From positions 288,001-352,000 of the forward strand of contig CAWFJP010000005.1 of assembly GCA_963816145.1 (NCBI GenBank): a stretch of DNA of 64,000 bases. The letters run 5' to 3'. Both the position numbers and the translations under genes were made by a program. Source of the DNA: an uncultured delta proteobacterium (lineage in GTDB: Bacteria; Desulfobacterota; Binatia; UBA9968). Each line of letters begins with the position of its first letter. Positions within the stretch are counted from its first letter, which is position 1. Below the pieces are notes generated by a model. The model had not been told where the DNA came from. It saw only the letters and a list, made by a program, of their open reading frames with translations, and did not search any database. Of the stretch, positions 48,996-58,462 are shown in pieces.

Positions 48996-50630
48996 ATGAT
49001 GGAAGATCTCGTTGAAATCGTCAATCCGTTGGGTGTCCCGCGCAAGCAGGTGAGTAAACTGGCGCCGCGACGATACGACAGCCTGGAGGGCCGGCGGATT
49101 GGATTGCTCGATAACAACAAGCCCAACGCCGACACGTTCTTGCAAATCATCGGCGAATTACTCCGCGCGCGTCATGCCGATATCCAACTCGTTGCCAAAC
49201 GCAAGATGACGCGCATGGAATCGGACGGTCTGGCGCAGTTAGCCGGGGATTGCGATGTCGTCATCAACGCCTTTGCCGATTGAGGTTCGTGCACGTCGTG
49301 GAGTGTCCACGACTCGGTAAAGCTCGAAGGCGCGGGGATTGCCACCGTGACCGTGGTGAGCAGCGAGTTTTGGGCCCTAGCTCTGACAGAGGCGCAGGCG
49401 CGTGGTGTGAAAGATCTGCCGCTGGTCAAAGTGCCGCATCCGGTGGGCACGATAGCGTTTGATGCGCTGCGCTCGGTCGCCGAGTCGGCAGTCGATGCGA
49501 TTGTCAGTAAATTGGTTCGCGGCAATGATTCGGCCTCGTGCGGCGAGGGCATCTCTGCAGAGGCCGGTGAAGGCAGTGCCGCCGCCACGTTGTCCGTTCC
49601 GAGCGATCCCGAAGATTTGTTCAGTTTCTTTTTCGATCGCGGATGGACCGACGGCTTGCCGGTCTTGCCACCGACTTTAGCAGCGGTGCGAAAGATGGTT
49701 GCCGCTGGCGGCAAGAAAGCCGATGTGATTTTGGGCGTCATCCCGCCGCTGAATGGCGTTGCCACCGTTGAAAAGATCGCCGCCAATGCGGTGATGGCAG
49801 GCTGTTTGCCGGACTATTATCCGCTCGTGCTCGCGGCGGTGCGCGCCATCACCCGGCCGGGCTATAACCTTGACGGCTTGCAGACGACCACGGGAAATAT
49901 CGCGCCGCTGGCGATCGTTAACGGGCCTTGCCGCAATCGGTTGGCGATCAACTATGGTGCCAATGTGCTCGGTCAGGGCTGGCGCGCTAACGCCACCATC
50001 GGCCGGGCGATTCGTTTCGTCATGACCAATATCGGCGGTGCTCGGCCCGGCAGCTTCGATAAGTCGACGATGGGCCAGCCGGCGAAATACACTTTTTGTT
50101 TCGCTGAAAACGAAGAAGAGAGTCCGTGGCAACCGTTTCATGTCGAGCGCGGCCTGGCGCGCGATTGCGATACGATACATATGTTCGGCGCCAGCGGCGT
50201 TTACAGCGCCGTCGATATGGCCAGCCAATCGGCCAATGGATTGCTCAAGACTTTCGCGTTGACGATGACCGGCGGCTTGGCGAGCGGCGTGACTTCAACA
50301 GAAGTTCTCTGGGTGATTTGTCCCGAGCACGCGGCTATCCTGGCGCGGGATGGTTTTTCCAAAGAGAAGTTGCGTGTCGAGCTATTCGCTTTTGCACGCG
50401 TGCCCTTCGACAAGATCGCCGATGAAAACTTAGATCTGCTCGCCAAACGGCGACCTGGTTGGTTCAAGTCTGGCGCGGCGCGCGAGATTGGCGTGGTCGA
50501 CCGGCCCGAAGACATCTGGCTCGTGGTCGCCGGTGGCGCGGGCGCCAAGTCGGCATATATTCCGGGGCGGACGGGAACGCGGATGCAAACGGTGGCCGTG
50601 GAGGGACCCGAGTATGCAGTACTGGAGTGA
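48996..50630 (+). CDS. UGSC-family selenoprotein (Sec96, UxxC) fused to an uncharacterised ~350-aa GWTDGLP domain; 544 aa
   Basis: ORFs 48996-49283 and 49347-50630 are in the same frame, separated only by TGA 49281-49283. Read-through gives ...NAFAD-U-GSCTSWSVHDSVKLEGAGIATVTVVS...; a SECIS-like hairpin follows. Confidence 0.9.
49281..49313 (+). promoter_or_regulatory. bacterial SECIS element (Sec codon plus hairpin)
   Basis: TGA, 11-nt spacer, perfect stem gtcgtgga (49295-49302) / tccacgac (49306-49313) with G-starting loop GTG. Confidence 0.82.
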
Positions 50631-50637
50631 TGGCAAT

Positions 50638-51630
50638 ATGAGTTGGAATCGGCAAATCGTAATTGTGATGATCTATTTCTGCGTGTGGTTGGTGCCGTCG
50701 CTGGCCGATGCCCAAATCAAGTCGATCATCATCGGCGAAGGGGTGCGCGGCGCGATGTATTTGCCGGCGTACATCGCCGAGGAAAAAGGCTTCTTCAAGC
50801 GGCGTGAATTGGATACCCGCATGGTTACCTTCAGCCGCAGCAACGACATCAATGCCTTGGTGTCGGGAGATATACAGTTCGATCTGACGTCGCCGGACAA
50901 AGTTGTCCATAGCGCCTTGGGCGGATTCCCGGTGAAGATGGTGATGGGCACGGCACGCGGGCTGAACCTCGCCTTGACGGTGCATCCATCGATCCGCACG
51001 GCTACCGATTTGCGTGGCAAGTCGGTGGCGATCACCGGCTTTTCCGGTTTGCCCTATACCGGGCTGCTGCTCTGTTTACGCGAACTCGGCATGACCAAGG
51101 ATCAGGTGGTGCCGCTCAATATCGGCGGCAAGAGCGCGCGCTTCGAGGCCTTACTCGGCAATCGTGTGCCGGCGGCGATCCTCGATCCGCCCTATACAAC
51201 GCTGGCGGCCAAGGAAGGTTACCGCTTGCTAGTGGACTTGGCGCCGTTGGATGTTCCCTATCTGCGCAACATTGTCGCGGTGTCGGAGAAAACGCTGCGC
51301 GACGACAGCCGCACGGTCGCGCGCTTTGTCGCTGGGTTGGCGGAGGGCATGCAGTTTTATCGCAACAAGGTCAACAAAGAAGACAGCATGAAGATTCTGG
51401 CGAAGTATCTACGGCTGCCGTTGGAGAAAAATCGTCCGATGATCGAAGAAGGCTATGAAACCTATCGTGATATGATGCTGAAAAAACCTTACGCGGACCC
51501 CACTGCGATGAAGATTCTGCTGGAGATCATAGCCGAATCGAATCCCAAGGCGAAGTCGGTCAATCTCGCGGCGCTGATCGACTCGTCGTTCGTCGAAGGC
51601 TTGGATCGTGCGGGTATGTTCGACCGTTAG
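50638..51630 (+). CDS. NMT1/SsuA-like ABC substrate-binding protein
   Basis: Signal peptide, YLPAYIAEEKGFF, DLRGKSVAI, DPPY; starts 7 nt after the selenoprotein stop. Confidence 0.85.
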   Translation: MSWNRQIVIVMIYFCVWLVPSLADAQIKSIIIGEGVRGAMYLPAYIAEEKGFFKRRELDTRMVTFSRSNDINALVSGDIQFDLTSPDKVVHSALGGFPVKMVMGTARGLNLALTVHPSIRTATDLRGKSVAITGFSGLPYTGLLLCLRELGMTKDQVVPLNIGGKSARFEALLGNRVPAAILDPPYTTLAAKEGYRLLVDLAPLDVPYLRNIVAVSEKTLRDDSRTVARFVAGLAEGMQFYRNKVNKEDSMKILAKYLRLPLEKNRPMIEEGYETYRDMMLKKPYADPTAMKILLEIIAESNPKAKSVNLAALIDSSFVEGLDRAGMFDR

Positions 51631-51659
51631 CCCAGTTTGGCCACGGCGTTTGGTAATCG

Positions 51660-52559
51660 TTAAAGCGGGTCGTCCTGCAGGCGGCCGATCATGCGGCGCC
51701 AGACATTTTTGTCGGGCTGGGTTTGCGGCTTTTTGATCTCCAATTGGCCCATCATCCGGGTCTTTTCATGCAGCTCGACGCTCAGGTTCTCGCATTCTTG
51801 CGACAGGCGTTTGATCAGTTTGCCGATTTCCGCTTCCTTCGCCGCCGTCGCTTGGATGACGACTTCTTTGTCTTTGAGTTGAATCTCCTGCAGGTGCAAC
51901 TTGGATTCAGCATCCTTTAGACGGGTTTCGAGATCGATGATATTGGCGCGAAAATCTGCTTCGGCCTTTTTGAACATGTTGGCCTTCCCTTGCACCGCTT
52001 CGTCGCGTTGGCTCAGTTGGCTTTTGAGCGCGGCGATTTCTCGGTCGATGTCTGCGGTTTTTTTGGCGACTTCCTGTTCGAGCTGCTGCTCTGTGTAGCC
52101 GGGGGTAACCGGGCGGTTGGCCAGTTCGTTGATCTGGCGGTTCAACGAAGCGATTTCGGTTTCGCGTTCTTCGAGTTTTCGCTCGGTGCTGCGCAGGCGC
52201 TGTTCCAGGATCGCCAACTGGTCGCGCGTATTGTTTTCGAGCATGGTGAAGGCGAGATTGCGCTCCTGGAGCGCCAGGGTGCTTTGCTCGAGTTGATTGC
52301 GCAGAGTCGCGACTTCGGTCTGTCGGCTCTCCTCACTGCGCTGGGCGGTTTCGGTTTGGCGGATCGCCGTCACGCAGGCGCGATCGGCGAGGCTGCTCAA
52401 CTTGCTGATATAGTCGAGCAGCTGATTTGCCTGAGTCTCGATCTCGACCAAGCCGGAGGCATCGTCGAACGACAGATTGGGCATATCGTTTGGCGCTTCT
52501 CCAGCGTCAACTTCCGGTTGGTTGCGAACGATCGACAAGACATTTTCAGTGGCACGCAT
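51660..52559 (-). CDS. long coiled-coil hypothetical protein
   Basis: E/Q/K/L-rich heptads over ~230 aa; RBS ggagg; C-terminal VWRRMIGRL. Confidence 0.7.
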   Translation of the reverse strand: MRATENVLSIVRNQPEVDAGEAPNDMPNLSFDDASGLVEIETQANQLLDYISKLSSLADRACVTAIRQTETAQRSEESRQTEVATLRNQLEQSTLALQERNLAFTMLENNTRDQLAILEQRLRSTERKLEERETEIASLNRQINELANRPVTPGYTEQQLEQEVAKKTADIDREIAALKSQLSQRDEAVQGKANMFKKAEADFRANIIDLETRLKDAESKLHLQEIQLKDKEVVIQATAAKEAEIGKLIKRLSQECENLSVELHEKTRMMGQLEIKKPQTQPDKNVWRRMIGRLQDDPL

Positions 52560-52916
52560 TGCAAAATTTCCTCCGTCGATGCTGGCAAGACGGTCGTGGG
52601 AATTTTCAGCAATTTTTATACCACCTGGGGATCACTGGCGGCGATTCATAAATAGTTGAAAAGGCGAGCTTATTTTTAGATTAACAAGGCCGCGGTGGCG
52701 GTTAGCGTCGAAACTTGGACAATTATGGCCATGCTTCGTAAATAAGAGCAATCGAGTCGACGACAACTGGCGAAATCAGTTTCGAGGATCGCCGGGCCGA
52801 TTTTTAGCTACATCAGTGCGGCGAAAAGCAGTCGGTAATTTCCCCGTCGTTGCAGTTCAAGTTCAGCGTTTGAATTGCTACAAAGGAGTCGGTTGGGGGG
52901 GTAGGAAGCGGATCCG

Positions 52917-53532
52917 ATGAAGAAGCGGCAGCGGCGCTGGAGCGGATGGTTGATGGTTATGGGGATTCTTTTCGGATGCGATACGGCGTTTCAAGTCGGC
53001 ACCGCCGTGCAGTCGGGACGCCAAGCGCTGTTGCGTAAAGATCCTGCGCAAGCGGTGCCGCATTTTGAGGAAGCGGCGCGCAAAGATCCCGATTATGTTT
53101 ACCGTTCAGCGCATTTCAGCGAAGGCATCTGGGCCTCTGTCGGCCGCTTGCCAGTACGCCACCGGCAATTTCTCCCAAGCCCAACAATCCCTCAAACTGG
53201 CATTGACCAAAGACAAAGACGATCTTCTGGCCCGGCTGTATCTTGGCCTGACTCTGCTGCGCAACGGTCACGAGAGCCGTGGGCAAACTGAATTGCTAAA
53301 CGCCCGACAAAGTGTGCACGACTGGATCGAAAATATTTTGACCAGCCGTTCGGCGGAAGCTTATTGGGATCCCAATAAGCAGATCCGTTCGGAGATCAAG
53401 AAAACTCTCGAGCATCTGGCAGGGACGAGCAGGGATCGGACGCAGATTTTGACCAATGCCGAATGGCTGGGCGCCGAGGTCGAAGAAGAGATCGAACGGG
53501 TGCGGCGCGAGGAAAGCCAACGCAAAGGCTAA
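52917..53532 (+). CDS. TPR-like putative lipoprotein, apparent 1-nt insertion at ~53148
   Basis: Lipobox-like ILFGC. Removing one T in cgcttgccag joins EGIWASVGR to CQYATGNFSQAQQSL...ARLYLGL. Confidence 0.7.
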
Positions 53533-53662
53533 ATTCGCATGGTTGGATCGAGGGTTTGTCGATTGTTGCTTGTTTTGCGCTTGGAAAATAATGCCGATGC
53601 AGGTAGTCTTAGTTGAATGAGATTCGCACCTGCACCTGGGCATTGTATTTGTTTAAACCCCG

Positions 53663-54745
53663 ATGGCCGGAAATAAGCTAAAAGGGCTGGTCTTAAGCGG
53701 GGGCCGGGGAACTCGGCTGCGCCCGCTCACGCATACCGCGGCAAAACAGCTTGTGCCGGTGGCCAACCGGCCGATACTGTTTCACGTTCTCGACAATTTG
53801 CAAAAAGCCGCAGTCGACGACGTCGGGATCGTGATCTCGCCCGAGACCGGGCCGGCGATCCGCGAAGCGGTGGGCGACGGCAGCGCCTGGGGAATGAAAA
53901 TTTCTTTTATCGAGCAAACCGAACCGCTCGGCCTGGCTCACGCGGTCAAGGTGGCGCGGCCCTATTTGGGCGACGATCCCTTCGTCATGTATCTCGGCGA
54001 TAATCTGATCGGTTCGGGGATCGAAAGTTTTCGCGAGCAATTCGAAAAATCCGGCGCGGTTGCGTCGATCTTGCTCAAGGAAGTCGACAACCCGTCAAGT
54101 TTTGGTATCGCCGAAGTCGACGATCAACAGCGCGTGCTCGGCCTGGTAGAAAAGCCGCGGGAGCCGAAATCAAAATTAGCCTTGGTGGGTATTTATTTTT
54201 TTACTGCGAAGATTCATAGCGCCATCGACCAGATCGTGCCTTCCTGGCGCGGCGAGTTGGAGATCACCGACGCCATTCAACTGCTGCTCAGTCAAGGCGG
54301 CAAAGTGCTGAGCCATCGCATCGATGGTTGGTGGCTCGACACCGGCAAGAAGGACGATCTATTGACCGCCAACACCGTCGTCCTCGATGAGTGGGTGCAG
54401 CGGAAGATTGACGGTGAGATCGATGGCGCCAGCCACGTCACCGGACGTGTGCAGCTCGGCAAAGGCAGCCGTGTCGTCAATAGCACTGTGCGCGGTCCCG
54501 CAGTGATCGGCGATGAGGTGCTCGTCGAGAATTCTTTTGTCGGTCCGTTCACCTCCATCGGCAATGGCTGCCGCATCGTTTCTTCAATGCTGGAACACTG
54601 CTTATTGCTGGAAGGCGCGCGGGTGGAATGTGTGGACCGTCTCGAAGATAGCTTGCTCGGCAAAAACTCCGCTGTGGTGCGCGAGCAAAAGAGACACCAG
54701 GCCTACCGCTTGATGATCGGCGACGATTCCGAAGTGTTGCTCTGA
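53663..54745 (+). CDS. rfbA: glucose-1-phosphate thymidylyltransferase (long form)
   Basis: LSGGRGTRLRPLT, KQLVPVAN, QTEPLGLAHA, YLGDN, RGELEITDA, WLDTG, plus C-terminal hexapeptide region. Confidence 0.93.
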   Translation: MAGNKLKGLVLSGGRGTRLRPLTHTAAKQLVPVANRPILFHVLDNLQKAAVDDVGIVISPETGPAIREAVGDGSAWGMKISFIEQTEPLGLAHAVKVARPYLGDDPFVMYLGDNLIGSGIESFREQFEKSGAVASILLKEVDNPSSFGIAEVDDQQRVLGLVEKPREPKSKLALVGIYFFTAKIHSAIDQIVPSWRGELEITDAIQLLLSQGGKVLSHRIDGWWLDTGKKDDLLTANTVVLDEWVQRKIDGEIDGASHVTGRVQLGKGSRVVNSTVRGPAVIGDEVLVENSFVGPFTSIGNGCRIVSSMLEHCLLLEGARVECVDRLEDSLLGKNSAVVREQKRHQAYRLMIGDDSEVLL

Positions 54746-55308
54746 TGCCGTTTACTTTCTCGCCCACTAGAATTGCCGATGTGCTGGTCGTCGAGCCACG
54801 AATTTTTCCCGACGAGCGCGGCTTTTTCATGGAAACCTACAAGCGTTCGGAATTCGCCGCTCACGGAATCGGTGAGCCGTTTGTGCAATGTAATCAGTCA
54901 CGCTCGGCGCGCGGCATCTTGCGCGGTTTGCACTTTCAAAAGCCGCCGAAGGCTCAAGGTAAGCTAGTGCGCGTCATGAGCGGCGCGATCTTCGATGTGG
55001 CGGTCGATTTACGCAAGGGGGCGCCGACCTACGGCCAATGGGTCGGCGTGGAATTGACCGCGGCAAATAATAAGATGCTTTATGCGCCGGCGGGCTTCGC
55101 CCATGGCTTTTGCGTCGTCAGCGCCGAAGCGGATATCGCGTACATGACCAGCGACGAATATGCGCCGTCGCTGGAGTCCGGCATCGCCTGGGACGATGCG
55201 GATCTGAACATCACTTGGCCGGTCACAGTGCCGCAACTATCGGGGCGCGATCGTAAGTGGTCGCGCTTGCGCGACACCGATACGGGATTTGTCTATCGGG
55301 GAAGGTGA
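54745..55308 (+). CDS. rfbC: dTDP-4-dehydrorhamnose 3,5-epimerase
   Basis: DERGFFME, LRGLHFQ, QGKLVRV, DVAVDLR, GFAHGF. Confidence 0.95.
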   Translation: MPFTFSPTRIADVLVVEPRIFPDERGFFMETYKRSEFAAHGIGEPFVQCNQSRSARGILRGLHFQKPPKAQGKLVRVMSGAIFDVAVDLRKGAPTYGQWVGVELTAANNKMLYAPAGFAHGFCVVSAEADIAYMTSDEYAPSLESGIAWDDADLNITWPVTVPQLSGRDRKWSRLRDTDTGFVYRGR

Positions 55309-55332
55309 GCCCGGTTCGTTTCATTCGAAGAT

Positions 55333-56379
55333 ATGAAAACTATTTTTGTTACCGGCGGTTGCGGTTTCATCGGCAGTAATTTCGTGCGTCTGCTATCGAC
55401 GACCACGGATTACCGCATCGTCAATTTCGACAAGCTGACCTACGCCGGCAATTTGGAGAACGTCGCCGATATCAGCCCAGCGCGCATGCGCTTTGTCCAG
55501 GGCGATATTTGCGACCGCGAGTTCGTCGAGCGCATACTCGCCGAAGAGAAGCCCTGGGCGTTTGTCAACTTTGCCGCGGAGTCGCATGTCGATCGCAGCA
55601 TTCTCGACTCGGCGCCGTTTCTCCAGACCAATATCGGCGGTGTTCAATCGCTGCTCGAAGCCGTGCGGCGGGTGAGCGTCGAACGGTTCCTGCAGATCTC
55701 GACCGACGAAGTCTATGGCGACAAGGAAGGCAAGCCGTCGTCCACCGAAGATTCTCTTTTGGCGCCGAGCAGTCCTTACTCGGCGAGCAAAGCCGCCGCC
55801 GATCTGCTTTGCTTCTCCTATCGGCGCACCTATGGTTTGCCGATTCTGGTGACGCGCAGCTCCAACAACTACGGGCCGTATCAATTTCCCGAGAAACTCA
55901 TCCCGCTGCTCTTGCGCAACGGTCTCGGCGATCTTGATTTTCCTGTCTACGGTGACGGCCAGCAGATTCGCGATTGGATCCATGTCGAAGACAACTGCCG
56001 TGGGTTGTTGGCAGTTTTGGAAAACGGCGAGATCGGATCGATTTATAATATCGGCACGAGCGAAGAGCGCAGTAATCTGGCGGTCGTCGACGCGATCTGT
56101 GCCGCCATCGCGGCGCACAAAGGTGTCGATCTGGACCGACTCACAGCGCGCATTCGTTACGTCGCCGACCGTCCGGGCCATGACCGGCGCTACGCCCTCG
56201 ATACGACCAAGGTGCGTAATGAGCTCGGTTGGGCGCCGCGAGTGGATTTCCCGAGCGGTTTGCAACGGACGGTCGATTGGTATTTGAGTCATGCGGACTG
56301 GGTGGCGCGGGTGACGTCCGGCGAATATCGCCAATACTACGAATCAGTTTACGCCCAGAGCTGGGGCAAGACATCCTAA
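55333..56379 (+). CDS. rfbB: dTDP-glucose 4,6-dehydratase
   Basis: TGGCGFIGSNF, DKLTYAGN, FAAESHVDRSI, STDEVYG, YSASK, DRPGHDRRY. Confidence 0.95.
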   Translation: MKTIFVTGGCGFIGSNFVRLLSTTTDYRIVNFDKLTYAGNLENVADISPARMRFVQGDICDREFVERILAEEKPWAFVNFAAESHVDRSILDSAPFLQTNIGGVQSLLEAVRRVSVERFLQISTDEVYGDKEGKPSSTEDSLLAPSSPYSASKAAADLLCFSYRRTYGLPILVTRSSNNYGPYQFPEKLIPLLLRNGLGDLDFPVYGDGQQIRDWIHVEDNCRGLLAVLENGEIGSIYNIGTSEERSNLAVVDAICAAIAAHKGVDLDRLTARIRYVADRPGHDRRYALDTTKVRNELGWAPRVDFPSGLQRTVDWYLSHADWVARVTSGEYRQYYESVYAQSWGKTS

Positions 56380-57254
56380 TGGCTCGGGTCGGAGTCGTCG
56401 GCAGCACGGGACAGTTGGGCCATGACCTGGTCGAGGTGCTGCGTGGAGCCAATAATTTTGAAGTCGTTGCACTCGATCATAGTCAGATCGAGTGTGCCGA
56501 TTTGGACTCGGTGCGCGGGGTGTTGCTGCCGCTCAAGGCGCGGGCGGTGATCAATTGCGCTGCCTTTGTCCGGGTCGACGACTGTGAATCGCAGGCGCGC
56601 GAAGCGTTTGCCGTCAATGCGCTGGGCGCTCTTCATGTCGCCCGCGCCGCTGCCGAGAGCGGCGCCAAATGCGTTTACATCAGCACCGATTATGTTTTCG
56701 ACGGCGGTAAGGATTCTCCCTACATCGAGTCCGACGTTACTGCGCCGATCAACGTATATGGCGCGTCGAAGCTCGCGGGCGAGCATTTGGTTCGGCAGGC
56801 GGCGCCGGACTGGTTAATCGTCCGGGTGGCGAGTCTATTCGGCAAGACCGGCGCCCGCGGCAAAGGCGGTAATTTTATCGAAACGATTCTCGCTAAAGCG
56901 CGCAAAGGAGAGCCGCTGAAGGTTGTCGACGATATCCTCATTTCGCCGACCTACGCCTGGGATGCGTCGGAGGCGATCGCCCAACTGATCGCCGCCGATG
57001 CCACTGGTATCATTCACGCCGCCAATAGCGGCGCCTGTACATGGTATGAGTTCGCTAAAACGGCTTTGGAACTTTGTCAATTGACCGCCCCGATCGAGGC
57101 GGTGCCATCGTCCCAATTCCCCACGCTGGCGCGCCGGGCGAAGAACTCGGCGCTAGCGAGCGCGCGCTTGCTGCAAGAATTCAACATCACGATGCCCCTC
57201 TGGCGCGACGCTCTGCGCGCCTACCTGTTCGAAAAAGACCACCTGCGGGCCTAA
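56379..57254 (+). CDS. rfbD: dTDP-4-dehydrorhamnose reductase
   Basis: GSTGQLG, NCAAFVRVD, STDYVFDG, YGASK, VVDD..SPT. Confidence 0.93.
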   Translation: MARVGVVGSTGQLGHDLVEVLRGANNFEVVALDHSQIECADLDSVRGVLLPLKARAVINCAAFVRVDDCESQAREAFAVNALGALHVARAAAESGAKCVYISTDYVFDGGKDSPYIESDVTAPINVYGASKLAGEHLVRQAAPDWLIVRVASLFGKTGARGKGGNFIETILAKARKGEPLKVVDDILISPTYAWDASEAIAQLIAADATGIIHAANSGACTWYEFAKTALELCQLTAPIEAVPSSQFPTLARRAKNSALASARLLQEFNITMPLWRDALRAYLFEKDHLRA

Positions 57255-57341
57255 GCGGATTTCTTTCGCCGCAAGCCTTTGCGCCGCGGCCGGAGATCAT
57301 GCTAGTAACCTGAATAAATCTATTACCGTGAGGAAACCATC

Positions 57342-58103
57342 ATGCGCATAATCGAAAAACTATTTACCACCAAGCAGCATGGCGTTGCTGGATATTTGGC
57401 CGCTCCGGAACGCAGCGAACCTGGGCCGGCGTTGTACTTGATCCATCCTAAAGGCGGAATGGGCGAGTATATCAAGACAGAGACGCGTAAGTTCGCCCAG
57501 CTCGGTTACACGACTTTTGCCGTCAACGTATTTGAGCAATTGGGCTTTCCCGAAGAGACCCACATCGTCACCGGTGCGCAGATCCAGGCCAAGACTCCCG
57601 ACCCGGAATTCACTCGCGTGCTCACCGAGGGCTGGCGTTTCTTGCTCAAGCAGCCCAACGTCAACAAACAGCGCGTGGCTGTTTGCGGCTATTGCATGGG
57701 CGGGCGTATCGCGATTCATTTCGTCGCGTCAGTGCCAGAAGAAGTGCGCGCCTTTGTCGGTTACTATCCCACCGTGCGCGACGAGCCGGCTTCAGCGCTG
57801 CGGCCGATCCACCCAAGCGCCGCGGCGAAAAAATTCCGCTGTCCGTCGATCAATCTATACGGCGCCGACGATCTGACCACGGTGCTGCCGGTGCAAGAGG
57901 CGATGTATCAAGCCTTCAAAGAAAATGGCCAGCCGCTGGAGTGGCATTTCTTTCCCTTTGGCGGCCATGGTTACGTCGATCCAGGCGCGCCCGGATACAA
58001 CCCCCGCACCGCCGATCTGTCTTGGCCGCTGGTGGCCGATTTCTTGGAGCGCAACTTGAAATGGAGCTCTCCTGAGGTGCCAAATCCGAACGTGATTGTC
58101 TAA
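57342..58103 (+). CDS. dienelactone hydrolase family protein
   Basis: GYCMGG nucleophile, YGADD, GHGY. Confidence 0.85.
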   Translation: MRIIEKLFTTKQHGVAGYLAAPERSEPGPALYLIHPKGGMGEYIKTETRKFAQLGYTTFAVNVFEQLGFPEETHIVTGAQIQAKTPDPEFTRVLTEGWRFLLKQPNVNKQRVAVCGYCMGGRIAIHFVASVPEEVRAFVGYYPTVRDEPASALRPIHPSAAAKKFRCPSINLYGADDLTTVLPVQEAMYQAFKENGQPLEWHFFPFGGHGYVDPGAPGYNPRTADLSWPLVADFLERNLKWSSPEVPNPNVIV

Positions 58104-58125
58104 GATTTACCACGCTAGCTGAACG

Positions 58126-58166
58126 AAAACGCCGCCCTGGGTGATTTCCTAGGGCGGTGTTTTTTT
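58126..58166 (+). terminator. rho-independent (probably bidirectional) terminator
   Basis: aaaacgccgccctgg...ctagggcggtgttttttt between convergent genes. Confidence 0.75.
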
Positions 58167-58204
58167 GCGGAGGTGAGTAGCGAATCTGACTTCGCGGGTT
58201 CGGT

Positions 58205-58462
58205 TCATCCCCCTCCGCGCAAAGTCCCTTTGAACTCGTCGACGGTCATTTTGCCGGCGACCATCAGTTCCATGTCGGAGCCGCTGGTGTAGTGGCTCCA
58301 GTCGCCGATCGCTAGATCCCAGTGCATCACTTTGCTTATAGGCGGCAGGTTCGCGGGAAGTTGTTTGTCTTTGTGCGAGATCGGGATTTCCATGGCGCGG
58401 CCGATAGCGCGCACATCGGCCTTTTGTTTCTGGCACCAATCGAGTATTTCGGCAAACGTCAT
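58205..58462 (-). CDS. hypothetical protein (85 aa)
   Basis: Overlaps the cupin stop (ATGA-type), upstream ggag, protein-like composition. Confidence 0.65.
   Translation of the reverse strand: MTFAEILDWCQKQKADVRAIGRAMEIPISHKDKQLPANLPPISKVMHWDLAIGDWSHYTSGSDMELMVAGKMTVDEFKGTLRGGG

Noticed and set aside
49347-50630. 427-aa ORF starting at GTG 49347 as an independent gene
   Set aside because: It has no convincing SD, is in frame with the upstream ORF, and the intervening codons encode the conserved GSCT...LE..GI motif, so it is better explained by Sec read-through.
53140-53155. Programmed frameshifting in the TPR lipoprotein (also gfa and the SBP at 29.3-29.6 kb)
   Set aside because: No slippery heptamers or stimulatory structures; each break is fixed by deleting one base, typical of read errors or recent mutation.
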